A DNA stretch of 64,000 bases. Origin: Mytilus trossulus (lineage: Eukaryota). Shown here one piece after another: positions 1 to 12,772 of the stretch (its first letter is position 1; each line of letters opens with the position of its first letter). The translations under genes and the position numbers were made by a program. The DNA lies in NCBI RefSeq assembly GCF_036588685.1, contig NC_086386.1, positions 43,710,001 through 43,774,000 on the forward strand, read 5' to 3'. The notes under the pieces were generated by a model that saw only the letters and a list, made by a program, of their open reading frames with translations, had not been told where the DNA came from and did not search any database.

Positions 1-663
1 AATGATAATTATCGCCAAGTTTGGTTTAATTTGGCCATGTAGTTTCAGAGAAGAAGATTTTTGTACAAGTTACAAAAAGTGACGAAAATTTGTTAAAAAT
101 TGACTATAAAGGGCAATAACTCCTTAAGGGGTTGACTGACAATTTTGGTCATGTTGACTTATTTGTAGGTTTTACTTTGCTGAACATTATTGCTCTTTAC
201 AGTTTATCTCTATCTATAATAGTATTCAAGATAATAACCAAAAACTGCAAAATTTCCTTAAAATAACCAATTAAGGGGCAGCAACCTAACAACGGGTTGT
301 CCGATTCATCTGAAAATTCTAGGGCAGATAGATCTTGACCTGATGAACAATTTACCCCATGTCAGATTTGCTCTAAATGTTTTGGTTTCAAAGATATAAG
401 CCAAAATATACATTTTACCCCTGTGTTCTATTTTTAGCCATGGCGGCCATCTTGGTTGGATGGCCAGGTCACCGGACACATTTTTTAAACTAGATACCCC
501 AAGGATGATTGTGGCCAAGTTTGGTAAAATTTGGCCCAGTAGTTTCAGAGGAGAAGATTTTTGTAAAAGTTTACGGACGACGGACGACGGACGCAGGACG
601 ACGGACGACGGACGCCAAGTGATGAGAAAAGCTCACTTGACCTTTCAGGTCAGGTGGGCTAAA
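1..663 (-). mobile_element. Helentron/HINE-like non-autonomous element, 5' end at ~663, runs off the window start; nested in a same-family copy
   Basis: Reverse complement of TTTAGCCCACCTGACC...GGTCAAGTGAGC subTIR/IR at 630-663, GACG-rich microsatellite at 573-614, ~500-bp central repeat unit (1 vs 501). Confidence 0.8.
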
Positions 664-1728
664 AATGGTTAAAACTTGACTGTAAAGGGCAATAACTCCT
701 AAAGGGGTCAAACGACCATTTCGGTCATGTTGACTTATTTGTAAATCTTACTTTGCTGAACATTATTGCTGTTTACAGTTGATCTCTATCTATAATAAAA
801 TTCAAGATAATAACCAAAAACAGCAAAATTTCCTTAAAATAACCAATTCAGGGGCAACAACCCAACAACAGGTTGTCCGATTCATCTGAATATTTCAGGG
901 CATATATATCTTGACCTGATGAACTATTTAGCCCATGTCAGATTTGCTCTAAATGCTTTGGTTTTTGAGTTATAAGCCAAAAACTGCATTTTACACCTAT
1001 GTTCTATTTTTAGCTGTGGCGGCCATCTTGGTTGATTGGGAGGGCCACGCCACACATTTTTTAAACTAGATAACCCAATGATGATTGTGGCCAAGTTTGG
1101 TTTAATTTGGCCCAGTAGTTTCAGAGGAGAAGATTTTTGTAAAAGATTACAAAATTTACGAAAAATTGGTAAAAAATGACTATTAAGGGCAATAACTCCT
1201 TAAGGGGTCAACTGACCATTTTGATCATGTTGACTTATTTTTAGATCTTTTTTAGCTGAACAATATTGCTGTTTACAGTTTATCTCTATCTATAATAATT
1301 TTCAAGATAATGAGCGAAAACGGACAAAATTTCCTTAAAATTACCAATTCAGGGGCAGCAACCCAACAACAGGTTGTCCGATTCATCTGAAAATTTCAGG
1401 GCAGATAGATCTTGACCTGATAAACAATTTTACCCCATGTCAGGTTTGCTCTAAATGCTTTGGTTTTTGAGTTATAAGCCAAAAACGGCATTTTACCCCT
1501 ATGCTCTATTTTTAGCCATGGCGGCCATCTTGGTTGGTTTGGTGGGTCACGCCACACATTTTTTAAACTAGATACCCCAATGATGATTGTGGCCAAGTTT
1601 GGTTTAATTTGGCCCAGTAGATTCAGAGGAGAAGATTTTTGTAAAAGTTAACGACAACGGACGACGACGGACGACGGACGCCAAGTGATGAGAAAAGCTC
1701 ACTTGGCCCTTCGGGCCAGGTGAGCTAA
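664..1728 (-). mobile_element. Helentron/HINE-like element with ~500-bp central tandem units
   Basis: 5' end AGCTCACCTGGCCC...GGGCCAAGTGAGC at ~1696-1728, GACG microsatellite, repeat period 502 (1077 vs 1579); same family as 9233-10541. Confidence 0.85.
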
Positions 1729-2356
1729 AAAGGAGCAAGAAGAATAAAATGAAAGAAAAAGGCATAACTGTTACCTTGTATTGAGACAGGTTGTGTACAT
1801 TTATAAATGGTTTACATGGTTTAACCCCAAAACAAGTGACAAGGTAAATGTTTGTGCACATTTATGTATCTACACCTTGTGTTGTTCATTGCAGATGGAT
1901 ATTTTCCTGGAGCAGAGTTTGTTGTTGGTGTGAAAAAATGTTGGTAATTCTACAATCCTTTAATGTACTAGATCCTTATTTATGCATCTGTTTAGGTCTT
2001 ATATCATGTATATAAGACAGTTAAAATCCTCACTTTGTATTTTTATATTTGCATATCATGACTTTGAACTATGCATTTTAGTTTTACAGAGCAGATTAAA
2101 GTTGGCATACATTTGTAGGTCAAACTTGGTGTTGAATTATTTCTGCAAAAATGTTCAAAATTAGACAAACAATTATATTTTCTGATCATGTTGATATTAC
2201 AAATCAATAATTCTTACGGGGAAAGGAGGGGCACTAAATGGCCAGTCATGCTTCATTGATTCATTTGTAATCAACCAAATTTTTCCCATACCCCCCCCCC
2301 CCACCAAAATCAACCTATGTAATCTGTCTGCATGGCCAGCATGGGATATATTTTAC

Positions 2357-2452
2357 CTTGATTTGTTCCACCATATCCTGAAGCAGCTGTATTTCATCAT
2401 GGACTGGGACAACCTTTCTTTTTATTTCAGAAATGGCATTAGATATTTTCAT
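2357..2452 (-). CDS. TRIM gene coding exon 2 (96 nt, coiled-coil: MKISNAISEIKRKVVPVHDEIQLLQDMVEQIK)
   Basis: ttttcAG acceptor and AAG|GTAAAA donor, phase 0/0, heptad-like sequence, 96-nt length typical of the first TRIM coiled-coil exon. Confidence 0.7.
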
Positions 2453-3949
2453 CTGAAAAGTACGAATTAATAAATTACCTAATAACATCAAATTAAACTG
2501 AACATGCTGAAACAATGATTAATCAGCATCTGCAAAGAAAAAATAATGTAGTGCATTTACTTGAAAATATGTTGCATCCTATATAAACGTGCAACTTATA
2601 TATATACATGTTGAAGAACGTACTTTGACCTGTAATATGCATTTTATCCCCCTGCACCTACATTGTACATGTACATTTTGTACATGTACAAAATTTAGGC
2701 TAGAGGGACATTACATATGTACATGTAAGCTAAGTGTTACCCTTGGCCATCTGTACTTTCAACCATCTGTATGTATGTCCCAAAATTAAACAATGTGTAT
2801 TTAGTTGAGGCAAACTATAGTAAAAGAACAGAAATCAATTCAAAGCGTGTTGAAGACCGTACTTTGACCTTTAATGGTTTACTTTTTACCGAATGTGACT
2901 TGGATAGCTACATTTTTTTTGTACAAGACTTGTCTCATTTGCACTCATACCACATCTTTTTTTTATCTACATGTACATGTATACACAATTATATATTTAA
3001 ATAATAATGTATTTTGATTGACACAATCATAGACCATGATTTATAAAAAGTACATCTATATTTTGGATATTACATATACATTCATCAAAAAAAACAAAAA
3101 AATGGAGAATGTGTCCATAAGACATGTAAGACACAGATGATGCTACGCTTGCATATAAAGTTATAAAGAGATATACAGGTAACTAGCTATATAAAGAGAT
3201 CTGTAAAAGAGAACACCCCCAATTTGAACTTGAACTGTATTTTATGGTACAAAATGTAGTTTACATGTACATGTACATGTATATATACATGTGTACATGT
3301 CAAGCATGTAAGCAATGTGTATTAAGTTGAGGCAAACCAAAGTTAAACAACAGAACCAATTTTGGGATGTAAGTACATATGCTTGAGTGTACGGATGGAC
3401 ACTGGTAACACTTGACATGCTTAAGCCCTCCCCCCCCCCCCTTTCCCCTCGCCTAATGGCAAGGCAACAAAAATGCAAGACATGGGTAAATTCGGGTCGT
3501 TAACAAAGTCATTAACTCGCCAGGTAAAATTTTGTACATTGAAAACGGAATTTATCTTCTTTCTTTTACCAAATTAAACATGTTAAAGGAAGATTGATAT
3601 TGACAGTCAACAAATGAAAATGAAAATTTTGACATAGAAAAATGTTGGCGCAAAAAATATTGCCAGCAGCCGTACTTTGTTGCCAGATGAAATACACATG
3701 TTAACACCAAATATAGGGTTTGTTCCCAACCTGATTTAAATTAAATACATGTACATGTATAGCAACAACATGATCACCGACACCATGCTCTTGGTAGCAT
3801 GTTGAATCAATGCAGCTTGGACAATAGATAGAAATAAGGCAGTTGCTTAATTCTCAAGTATTGTTGATGCATGATATTTTATCTGTACTTCAAAGTGATA
3901 ACATACATATTTTCCTCTGAAATAGGTTATTTTTCTAACTATTTTACTA

Positions 3950-4130
3950 AAGTAATCGAAATGTAATCGAAAAGTAATCGATGATTACATCTAAATTTTT
4001 GCTGTAATCGATTAAATTACGATTACATGTAATCGTAAATGTCTTCGATTACAGATTACTGTCGATTACTTGAAAAAATGTAATCAATTACAATCGATTA
4101 CGATTACAGATTACGATTACCCCATCCCTG
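3950..4130. mobile_element. Partial MITE end with GATTAC/GTAATC subterminal repeats
   Basis: Many GTAATC/GATTAC repeats ending in CCCCATCCCTG; the opposite end was not found. Confidence 0.5.
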
Positions 4131-4198
4131 ATGTTGATGCATTTTGTACATGAATAAAGCCCTTGGGAGAACACAGACTAATCTATCAATGATATTAC

Positions 4199-4684
4199 CT
4201 GATATTGGTCTGCTTGTTCTTTGATTGGGACACATTTATGAATTGTGCCTGATGATTTGTCTGTCACACAGTCACATGACCTACATACAGCCCTGTTACA
4301 TGTCAGACAGTACAATGACATCGGCTCAGAATTGTGCAGAAGACAGGGACTGTCAGAAACTGAAGAATCAAGTTTCCATGCTGCATCATTAGATGCTAAT
4401 GGTTCGTCTTTTCTGTGAAGAGCAATGATATTCTCCAGAATTCTATTTACTGTTAAAGATTCAACACCACGATCTAATTCAATAGGTCGTTGACACAATG
4501 GACAATCCAGGTGATACTTCAGACGATGTCTTGGTAGCTGTCCATAAATATTTGGTCTACTATTCACAGAGAGTATCCCCTCTATACATTTCCTACAGAA
4601 ATTATGAGTACATGGCAACATTAGAGGTTTGTCAAAATATTCTAAACACACTCCACACATCAGTTCTGCTTCCATATCAGACAT
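4199..4684 (-). CDS. TRIM-family (RING + B-box) E3 ligase, first coding exon (162 aa)
   Basis: ATG at 4684; C3HC4 RING CGVC..LPCTHNFCRKC..CPLC and B-box CLLH..LYCLTC..VCRSC..H; donor CAG|GTAATA at 4199/4198. Further 3' exons were not identified and probably lie beyond the window start. Confidence 0.9.
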
Positions 4685-7289
4685 GTTACGAATAATAACA
4701 ATTATCAATATTTCCTGTGATTATACCGGTAAGTTTCTTACCGTTAACCGCGAAGCTACCACTAGTGGCACTTCGAAACTCAGCACTAGCAGAAGGAAGA
4801 ATAAAAATTTAGGCCATTTATCGAAACACTGTGTTCATTTTTAGTGCACAGAAGCAACTTTACTACTGCACTGTTTGGGAAGATTCCAAGTTTGTGAACT
4901 TTTTACGTCATTCCATAACGTTACACCAAAGAAAGCAGTTATCTATCAATCAACATTTTCTGTCAGTTTGTCTTCCTAAACTAATTAACATTGATTAATC
5001 AAATTAACACAGAAATGTTATTAATATAAACGTTTGAATGACTGCGTTGTCACGGTTGGTATCAAAACCCGAAAAGCTTTATTAAAAAAAGTACAACAAC
5101 AACGTACTGTCAGCAATTTGTCAGCAGTCGTCTATAACGTATTATCTTATTTTTGTATGAATAGTGTTAGTAATTTGCACAAACTATAATGTATCATTGA
5201 TTTTAAATCACAGGGCTTATTATACTTCTGTATTACGGCATAAAGTTAGCCCGGCGAGGAATTTGCATGATGTAAAACTTTCCGAAGTTCTGAGACTACT
5301 ATAACACAAAATTGACGTTATATAGTTATAGTAGTTTCATAGTTCTTCAATCGTTTTAAAGTAGATTAGGCCTAGACTAAGTCTAGTTTTATACAATGAA
5401 CATATATAGAGCTCACAAGTTCATTGTTATGCATATTTACTATAGTTTATATATGATATCTTATATCATTGCTTTTTAAAGATTTCTCTCAAATAAATAA
5501 TTCATTAAATAACTTCTTTATAAACCTATATCAACAATAGTCCCAGCCTATCAGATCCTATAGTTAAGTTATTTTTAAATAAAGGACTTTCAATCATCCA
5601 GGATTTATGATATCGTAATTAGAAATCTATGAAATAGCGTATATAAGCTATTATATACAAGATATCTTATAAGTTATATGATTGATTTATCAGTTATCTT
5701 TTTAGCTTTTAAAAGTGTGGACATAGATGAGTGTGGATAGTATGTTTAGATGTTTGACAGTGTCTTATGACAAAAGAAATTCTATGTTTTTCCTATATGG
5801 TGTTATTAACTGTCAGCGGTTGAACGATGAAAACCAATCTGAGCATTAGGAGTGTTATTTGTTAATTTATTTATTTTTATGTTGAAGACGGGCATGGAGG
5901 AGACAGTAATTACATTAGTTACCAAATGATTATGATAGAATATGTTCTACATCTTTGATTTTTGATACATTTTGTAGCTATAAGAGCAACACATAATAGG
6001 TTCTTTTTTCACGTTTTTTTTCTTAATGGGAGATGACATCTTGTTTTGAGAAAATGATACAAGGAGCCTGTGATTCAGCGGTTGCTGTTTGTTTATGTGT
6101 TACGTATTAGTTTTTTGTTTACTTTTTCAATAAAAATAAGGACATTATTTTTCTCGTTTGAATTGTTTTACATTGTCATTTCGGGGCCTTTTATCCTTTT
6201 TTAATTGCAAACATTTTTGTGGTTGTATAAAAAAATGTTGAACATGTACAATGAAATATAGTTTTAGAAATCGATAAGACTAGAGTAGATAGGTCTTATA
6301 ATCCCCCCCCCCCCCACATAATTGAAGGACCATTTACACTCAGGACCGATCCATCAGCAGGCAGTACAGATGCATTTTAAAAAACAACCTAGCATCATAT
6401 TGCTAGTAGCGGGAGTAGCTTTGTTCGGTAAATTTTTTATTTTTTTTTATAAAATGTTTGGTTCAAATCAAAATAGAATGCTTTTATCTCCCTAATACTT
6501 ACATTGTACATAGAGGTGATACTACTTTGACATGTTTGACAAATCCTTGTTCATGAGAGTTGTCCTTCAAATCTTTATTTCACAAAGAAAGAATTGCATA
6601 ACAATGAACTGAGCTCAAAACAAAGTACTTTAATAATACACTTAGACAAAGAGCTAAATCCAGTGATATACTTTGTACTACAGGTCCTTCATGAACATGT
6701 TCCACCTAAATAATATCTCAATAACATTCCATACTACATGGTTGGATTCAGAAGTCCTGAAAAAGACAAGATTTTTTTTATCGTATTTTAAGTATATATG
6801 CACAGGTTAAAACTTTCTTGTGGTATAATCATTCAGTATATAGCAACTATCAATTTGATTCATGCACATATTGATATAGGTTGAGTGCCCCTCTGTTGGA
6901 AAAAAGAAACACACCTCCACCTAATTTTAGTAAACTGACGAAGAAACAGTCAAATCTATAAATTGCTACCTAAGACTTGTCATTGTCTTTTTACCATTGC
7001 CACTGAATAAGATTCCATATCTACAACCAATAAAATTAAATATCACTCTAATAGACTAAGCATTGAAATCCCAGTTTTCTAAAATGGTAGCTATAGTAGC
7101 TTATATGATAACATAGATACCTATGGCTACTACATCTAATCTATGATGGTAACTTTATAAGTTTATATGAAAAAATCAGTATATATAAGATATCTTATAT
7201 GGTTTGTAAGATACATTTTAAGTTACAATTATAAACAAGCCAAGTTATCTTTTTAATTAAATAGATATCTAAATTTAGTTGAAGATATT

Positions 7290-7840
7290 TTTATAACCAC
7301 ATTCTATCCCATCGAACTTGAGATAAAATATGATACACCAGATACGGTAAGTCTTCCTATCATTTTGACTAACACATAGCAATTGACAATGGGTGTCGGT
7401 TGAAAACAAAACTTTACGACAAAAGAGCAAATAGCAACATTTCAGCAGCAGCAGTACACGAAGTATGTAATTCCAAATTCCGATATTCTCTAGCTTGTTT
7501 TTCTCATAACGATTTTCTTGATAGAGGGTTTATACTTCACAAGGAAACTTTTAAATCAAGAGTTCCATATGGTTAAGTTAAAATCAACCCTTCGTAAATT
7601 TAACGGGTTTGTAATAACATGAATAACATAACGGATTTCACACGTGGAGTAGGATAGGCTTACCCTTCCAGAGCACCTGAGATCATCCACAGTTTTTGAT
7701 GGGGCTCGTGATGCTTAGTCTTTAATTTTATATGCTGTTTAACTGTTGTGTACTATTGTTGGTCTGTTTGTCTTTTTTCAGCCATGGCGTTGTCAGTATA
7801 TTTGCGACTTATGAGTTTGAGTTTCAAGTCCTCTGGTATC
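7290..7840 (+). mobile_element. Degenerate Penelope-like retroelement RT C-terminal fragment plus non-coding tail
   Basis: Interrupted translation resembles YPIELEIK..TDT...RLKTKLYDKR..SNI.AA...YS.ACFSHNDFLDRG..RKLLNQEF.MVKLKS.LRKF. The tail (CCCTTCCAGAGCACCTGAGATCA...GCCATGGCGTTGTCAG) recurs at ~56690-56860. Confidence 0.65.
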
Positions 7841-9186
7841 TGTTGTCCATATTATATTAAACTGCAACCAAGTAATCCATGATTCTTCTGTGTTTGCTTT
7901 CGATACAAGTAGGAAAGTGTCATTTACACAAATGTTTCATGCCTATGGTCAATAAGGTATCACCCCTTGTGTCAGTTGCCTTTAGGAAGCAATAATATAC
8001 TTTAATTTTTGCTGCTGACACAGAATGAGTCATAGACATGCTTAACTTTTAATTTCTTTTTTGCTACTTACTATATGTTTAATTGATCCAACTTATTGTG
8101 TACTTTCATTTTTTTTTAATAAGGCAGTTAGTTTTCTCATTTTAATTGTTTTACATTGTAACCATTCATATACAATAAAGTAAGATATCACATTACTTTG
8201 GTGTTGTAGGAAGTTGTCATTTTGTCTCATCTAAAATGTATAGGTGCTTCATGATCTGAATACTTCATTTGTTATATTTCACTTACTACGACAGGCACTA
8301 CATTAACAAGCATTAGTGCCAAAATTGGTTATAATCGGCTTAAAAGTTTGAGAGAAATCAAGTATAAATCAAAAAATTTACAGCGATTTGTGCAATTTTT
8401 TGTCAAAAAATTCAAATCTTGCTGTAAAGTGAATAAATATAGCGTAGAGCAAGAAACTCTCCAAGAAATTGTCAAATATTCTAGAAACAAACAGTTGAAT
8501 ATTGATACAAAAGATGATTCAGAGAGTTGAACACCACTAATGTACCTTTATGTTTTCATTATAAGAACCCGTTGAGTTCATTTAAACCTCTCATTTCCTC
8601 ACAATTGTATTTTTCAGGCTAGTAAATCATAGTTTGGGGTTACTATCGCACATTTATAAATTAAATATGACAATAAATGAGCAATTGAATTGTTCAAGCT
8701 GAAAGCATGAACTATCCATATAACAGTTTTAATAAAGGTTTTAAAAATGCCTAATGTAAAACTTAAGCTTAGCTAGGCAGCGTTCAAGAGAGGGAGGGTA
8801 AACAATGTGCTGTTATTGTTTCAAAAAGCTTGCTTTTTTATTGTGTATTCTGTAAAGAGTTACTTACATGACTTAGGAACATCTATGAAAATTAGTTATT
8901 ACATGTACATTTGTATACGTTCATTTACGCAAATTTCACGTAAAAAAAGTGTGCAAATTATATGAACTTAAAATGAATAATAGAGCTTTCTCTTTTTACT
9001 ACTTTTATAAAGTTTTGATTTTTTGGTCGATTTCTTGTGAATTGGTTTATCAAACGTCTCCTTTGAAACATATTCAAAGTAACTCGTTTTGACAGATTTC
9101 TCTAAAGCAAAGGACACGATTCCAAACAACACAATGAAATTTTAACATGAGCAAAATTATCATCAAACTTTAAAAGTGATGCCAGG

Positions 9187-10636
9187 CATTGGCGGATTCA
9201 GGGGAAGGGTTCCGGGGTTGGAATCGCCCTTTTTAGCTCACCTGGCCCAAAGGGCCAAGTGAGCTTTTCTCATCACTTTGCGTCCGTCGTCCGTCGTCGT
9301 CCGTCGTCGTCGTCGTCCGTCGTCGTCGTCCTGCGTTAACTTTTACAAAAATCTTCTCCTCTGAAACTACTGGGCCAAATTAAACCAAACTTGGCCACAA
9401 TCATCATTAATGTATCTAGTTTAAAATTTGTGTTTTTTTACCCGGCCAACCAACCAAGATGGCCGCCATGGCTATAAATAGAACATAGGGGTAAAATGCA
9501 GTTTTTGGCTTATAACTCAAAAACCAAAGCATTTAGAGCAAATCTGACATGGGGGTAAAATTGTTTATCAGGTCAAGATCTATCTGCCATGAAATTTTCA
9601 GATGAATCAGACAACCCGTTGTTGGGTTGCTGCCCCTGAATTGGTAATTTTAAGGAAATTTTACTGTTTTTGGTCATTATCTTGAATATTATTATAGATG
9701 GAGATAAACTGTAAACAGCAATAATGTTCAGCAAAGTAAGATTTACAAATATGTCAACATGACCAAATTGGTCAGTTGACCCCTTTAGGAGTTATTGCCC
9801 TTTATAGTCAATTTTTAACCTTTTTTCGTAAATTTCCATATCTTTTACAAAAATCTTCTCCTCTGAAACTACTGGGCCAAATTAAACCAAAATTAGCAAC
9901 AATCAACATTGATGTATCTAGTTTAAAATTTGTGTTTTTTTACCCGGCCAACCAACCAAGATGGCCGCCATGGCTAAAAATAGAACATAGGGGTAAAATG
10001 CAGTTTTTGGCTTATATCTCAAAAACCAAAGCATTAAGTGCAAATCTGACAAGGGGAAAAATTGTTTATCTGGTCAAAATCTATCTGCCCTGAAATTTTA
10101 AGATGAATGGGTCAACTGGTTGTAAGGTTGCTGCCCCTAAATTGGTAATTTTAAGGAAATTTTGCTGTTTTGGGTTATTATCTTGAATATTATTATAGAT
10201 AGAGATAAACTGTAAACAGCAATAATATACAGCAATTTAAGACTAAAAAATAGGTCAAAATGACCAAAATGGTCAATTGACCCCTATGAAGTTATCGTTT
10301 TTATAATCAATTTTTAACAATTTTCATAAAATTTGTGAATTTTTACTAACATTTTCCACTGAAACTACACGGACAAGTTCATTATAGATAGAGATGATTG
10401 TAAGCAACAAGAATGTTTAGTAAAGTAAGATGTACAAACACATCAAAATCACCTAAACACAATTTTGTCATGAACTGTCTGCTTCCTTTGTTTAATTCAC
10501 ATATACCAAGGTGAGCGACACAGGCTCTTTAGAGCCTCTAGTTTGGATGATCAATGCATTTGAATGGGGACATATAGTTGGGATCCCCTTTGGCCTGTGT
10601 TGGAACCCCCTGTTAAAATGTCTGGATCCGCCCCTG
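9187..10636. mobile_element. Small MITE (TIR CAGGGGCGGATCCAG) split by a HINE insertion
   Basis: Left CATTGGCGGATTCAG and right CTGGATCCGCCCCTG (12/15 match); flanking 5-bp CCAGG/CGAGG target duplication. Confidence 0.7.
9233..10541 (+). mobile_element. Complete Helentron/HINE-like element
   Basis: 5' TTAGCTCACCT subTIR + IR, (CGTC/CGT)n microsatellite, ~500-bp central repeats, 3' AGGTGAGC subTIR followed by GGCTCTTTAGAGCC hairpin; inserted in a T-run. Confidence 0.9.
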
Positions 10637-11034
10637 CGAGGGATACAAAAAAGATAATCAAACTCATCAGTTGAAAACAAACTGACATTATCGTTTCAAA
10701 TTAAAAGACACAAAAAGATTAAATTTAAGTTTAAAGACTAATTCGTTGGCAAATAGGTCAAATTCGAGGAGAAGAGGACGGAGTTGTGATGAAACCAATG
10801 AAACAAGACAACCAACTCGTGACAACGATTTTTATTTTTTTTTTATTTTCGAAGGGAGTCTTTTAACCAGAGGCACAACTTCGAGCTCTTAATTTGAACT
10901 TGTGCTTCTGAGTGCAGGATTTCCTCGCTATATAAAAAACTCATTAGTGGGCTTCGTTTGTTTTGCGCACTTTGGTCGGTTGTCAAGTTGTCTATTTAAC
11001 ACATTCCCCAGTCCCATTCCCAATTTTATTATCA

Positions 11035-11150
11035 TTGTGAGAATAGACCCTCTATTAAGGAAACAATTACAGGAAATATTAGTCCTGTAATATCGTATAA
11101 ATTGGGAAATATATACTTCGTATACAGGCGCTTCTGGAATGTTTCTCCAT
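11035..11150 (-). mobile_element. Second Penelope-like RT fragment
   Basis: ORF track NIPEAPVYEVYISQFIRYYRT..CFLNRGSILT is homologous to the 7290-7610 fragment. Confidence 0.6.
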
Positions 11151-12668
11151 AACTTCATTCAAGGAAATCATGAAGGGAAAAGCAATAAAATGAAAAATGA
11201 AAAATATATCACTAAGTCTTTCATTACAAATGAGACAACTATCCATATAGAGACCAAATGACTTTAAATATTTAATCACAAGATATGTATATGTGAACCA
11301 ATCACCCAATATTACATGAGCTATTCAAATTATCTTTTTTTTTGTCAGAAAAAAAGGGTTATGTATCGGGTTTAAAGAGATCGAAGGCCTCAAAACAGTA
11401 TGAATAGTATGAATAGTAAAATACAGATAATGAGGTAACTCTCACAAGAGCGCAAATGACACAGAAATTAAAACAACTATATCATAAGGTCACCGTACAG
11501 CCTTCAATAAGCAAATTCCATACAGCATTGTCAGCTTCGTCTCCGAAATGACAAATGTTAAACAATTCAAACGAGAAAACTAACAGCCTAATTACAAAAA
11601 AATAGCTGAAACTAATATGTAACACATAAACCAACGACAACCACTGAATTATAGGTTCCTCACTTTTGGACAGAGGTACCGCGGCATAATACAGACTGTA
11701 GTGGGATTAAACATGTAAGCGGGAATCCAACCCTCAAACGAGAAGAATAACGGAAAAAAAAGTGAACGGTATTCCATGTCTTCGTAATGGCTATGGCTGC
11801 AGCTTTCTGTTGCATATTAGTTTATAAAAGAAGATAAAGAAAACTTACAGAATATATGCTAAAAGCGGGAAAAAATTAACAAGAAAATGTGACCTTTATA
11901 TCATAAATCATAAATATGTCTGTTTATATTAACACATGATCAGAAATGACAAAATGTGAAACATTTCACTTGAAAAAAAAAACACCAACGGATTCACGGA
12001 TTCACGGATTAATGTAATAGAATTAAGATATGATAACGAAATATTCATGACATCATTGTAACGTCATTAAATTGGCTAAATGACGTCATGAAAAATAAAA
12101 AAAATAAACGAGATTGAAATGGCATTGACAGATCATCATTATATTATGATTTTAAAGCTAAAATCAATATTTATTTTATTAACCTTAACCATCGGCCCAA
12201 TCGGCCTATTGGCTGCTAAACAACAACTAAATCGGCCCAATCGGCCCATTAGCAGTTAAAGGTAACCCGCTGGCAGATAATAAAAAAATGGTATATAACA
12301 TAGAACGTTGTAGTCTTATATTTCTTTGTGAATATTTGTAATCGTTAGACTTTTCAGTGTAGTTCGGAATCAATTTGTCGAGATAGTAAAAGTCCAAGGA
12401 GTATGGAATTTAAAATCTTAGCGTCTGCTCGATTACCAAATAAGTTGATTTATTAGAATTTTATTGTTTCTATTCAAGGATTTTGTAAATTCTTGACGTT
12501 TTGTGTTGATATATTTTAATCTCACCGTGATAACTGATTTACGACACCGATTTTATGTACAAATTGTATGTGAAAACGAAAAATCAATGAATACTAAAAA
12601 AACACACATCAACAAACAGACCATGAAAAAATCGATGTAAACAAACAGCAGATCACAGATTTCTGAAG

Positions 12669-12772
12669 ATGGATGTTGAACAGAGAAAATTTTTCAATGA
12701 TTTTGTGTGTAAAGTAAAAGTTTTTGATAAACAGCAATGTGTACGGTGTTTTAATCTATTTGATAAAAACAG
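12669..12772 (+). CDS. Naam: Nicotinamidase alternative first coding exon 1a (MDVEQRKFFNDFVCKVKVFDKQQCVRCFNLFDKN-R)
   Basis: ATG in AAGATGG context, open frame, AG|GTAAG phase-2 donor; splices in frame to 20963 to complete the EF-hand loop DKNRDGYLDGKE. Confidence 0.8.

Noticed and set aside
306-1861. Recurring ORFs with QPRWPPWLKIEHRGKM (also 9776-10093)
   Set aside because: Translations of the non-coding HINE central repeat; frames break between copies.
1775-1950. Candidate third TRIM exon
   Set aside because: A donor-like site exists at 1774, but there is no convincing acceptor or coiled-coil-like open frame.
2453-2535. Alternative upstream acceptor (tttgcAG at ~2530) for TRIM exon 2
   Set aside because: Leads to a stop after 13 codons and is out of frame with the 96-nt exon.
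6400-7060. Possible ancient coding relic
   Set aside because: No recognisable motif or sustained reading frame on either strand.
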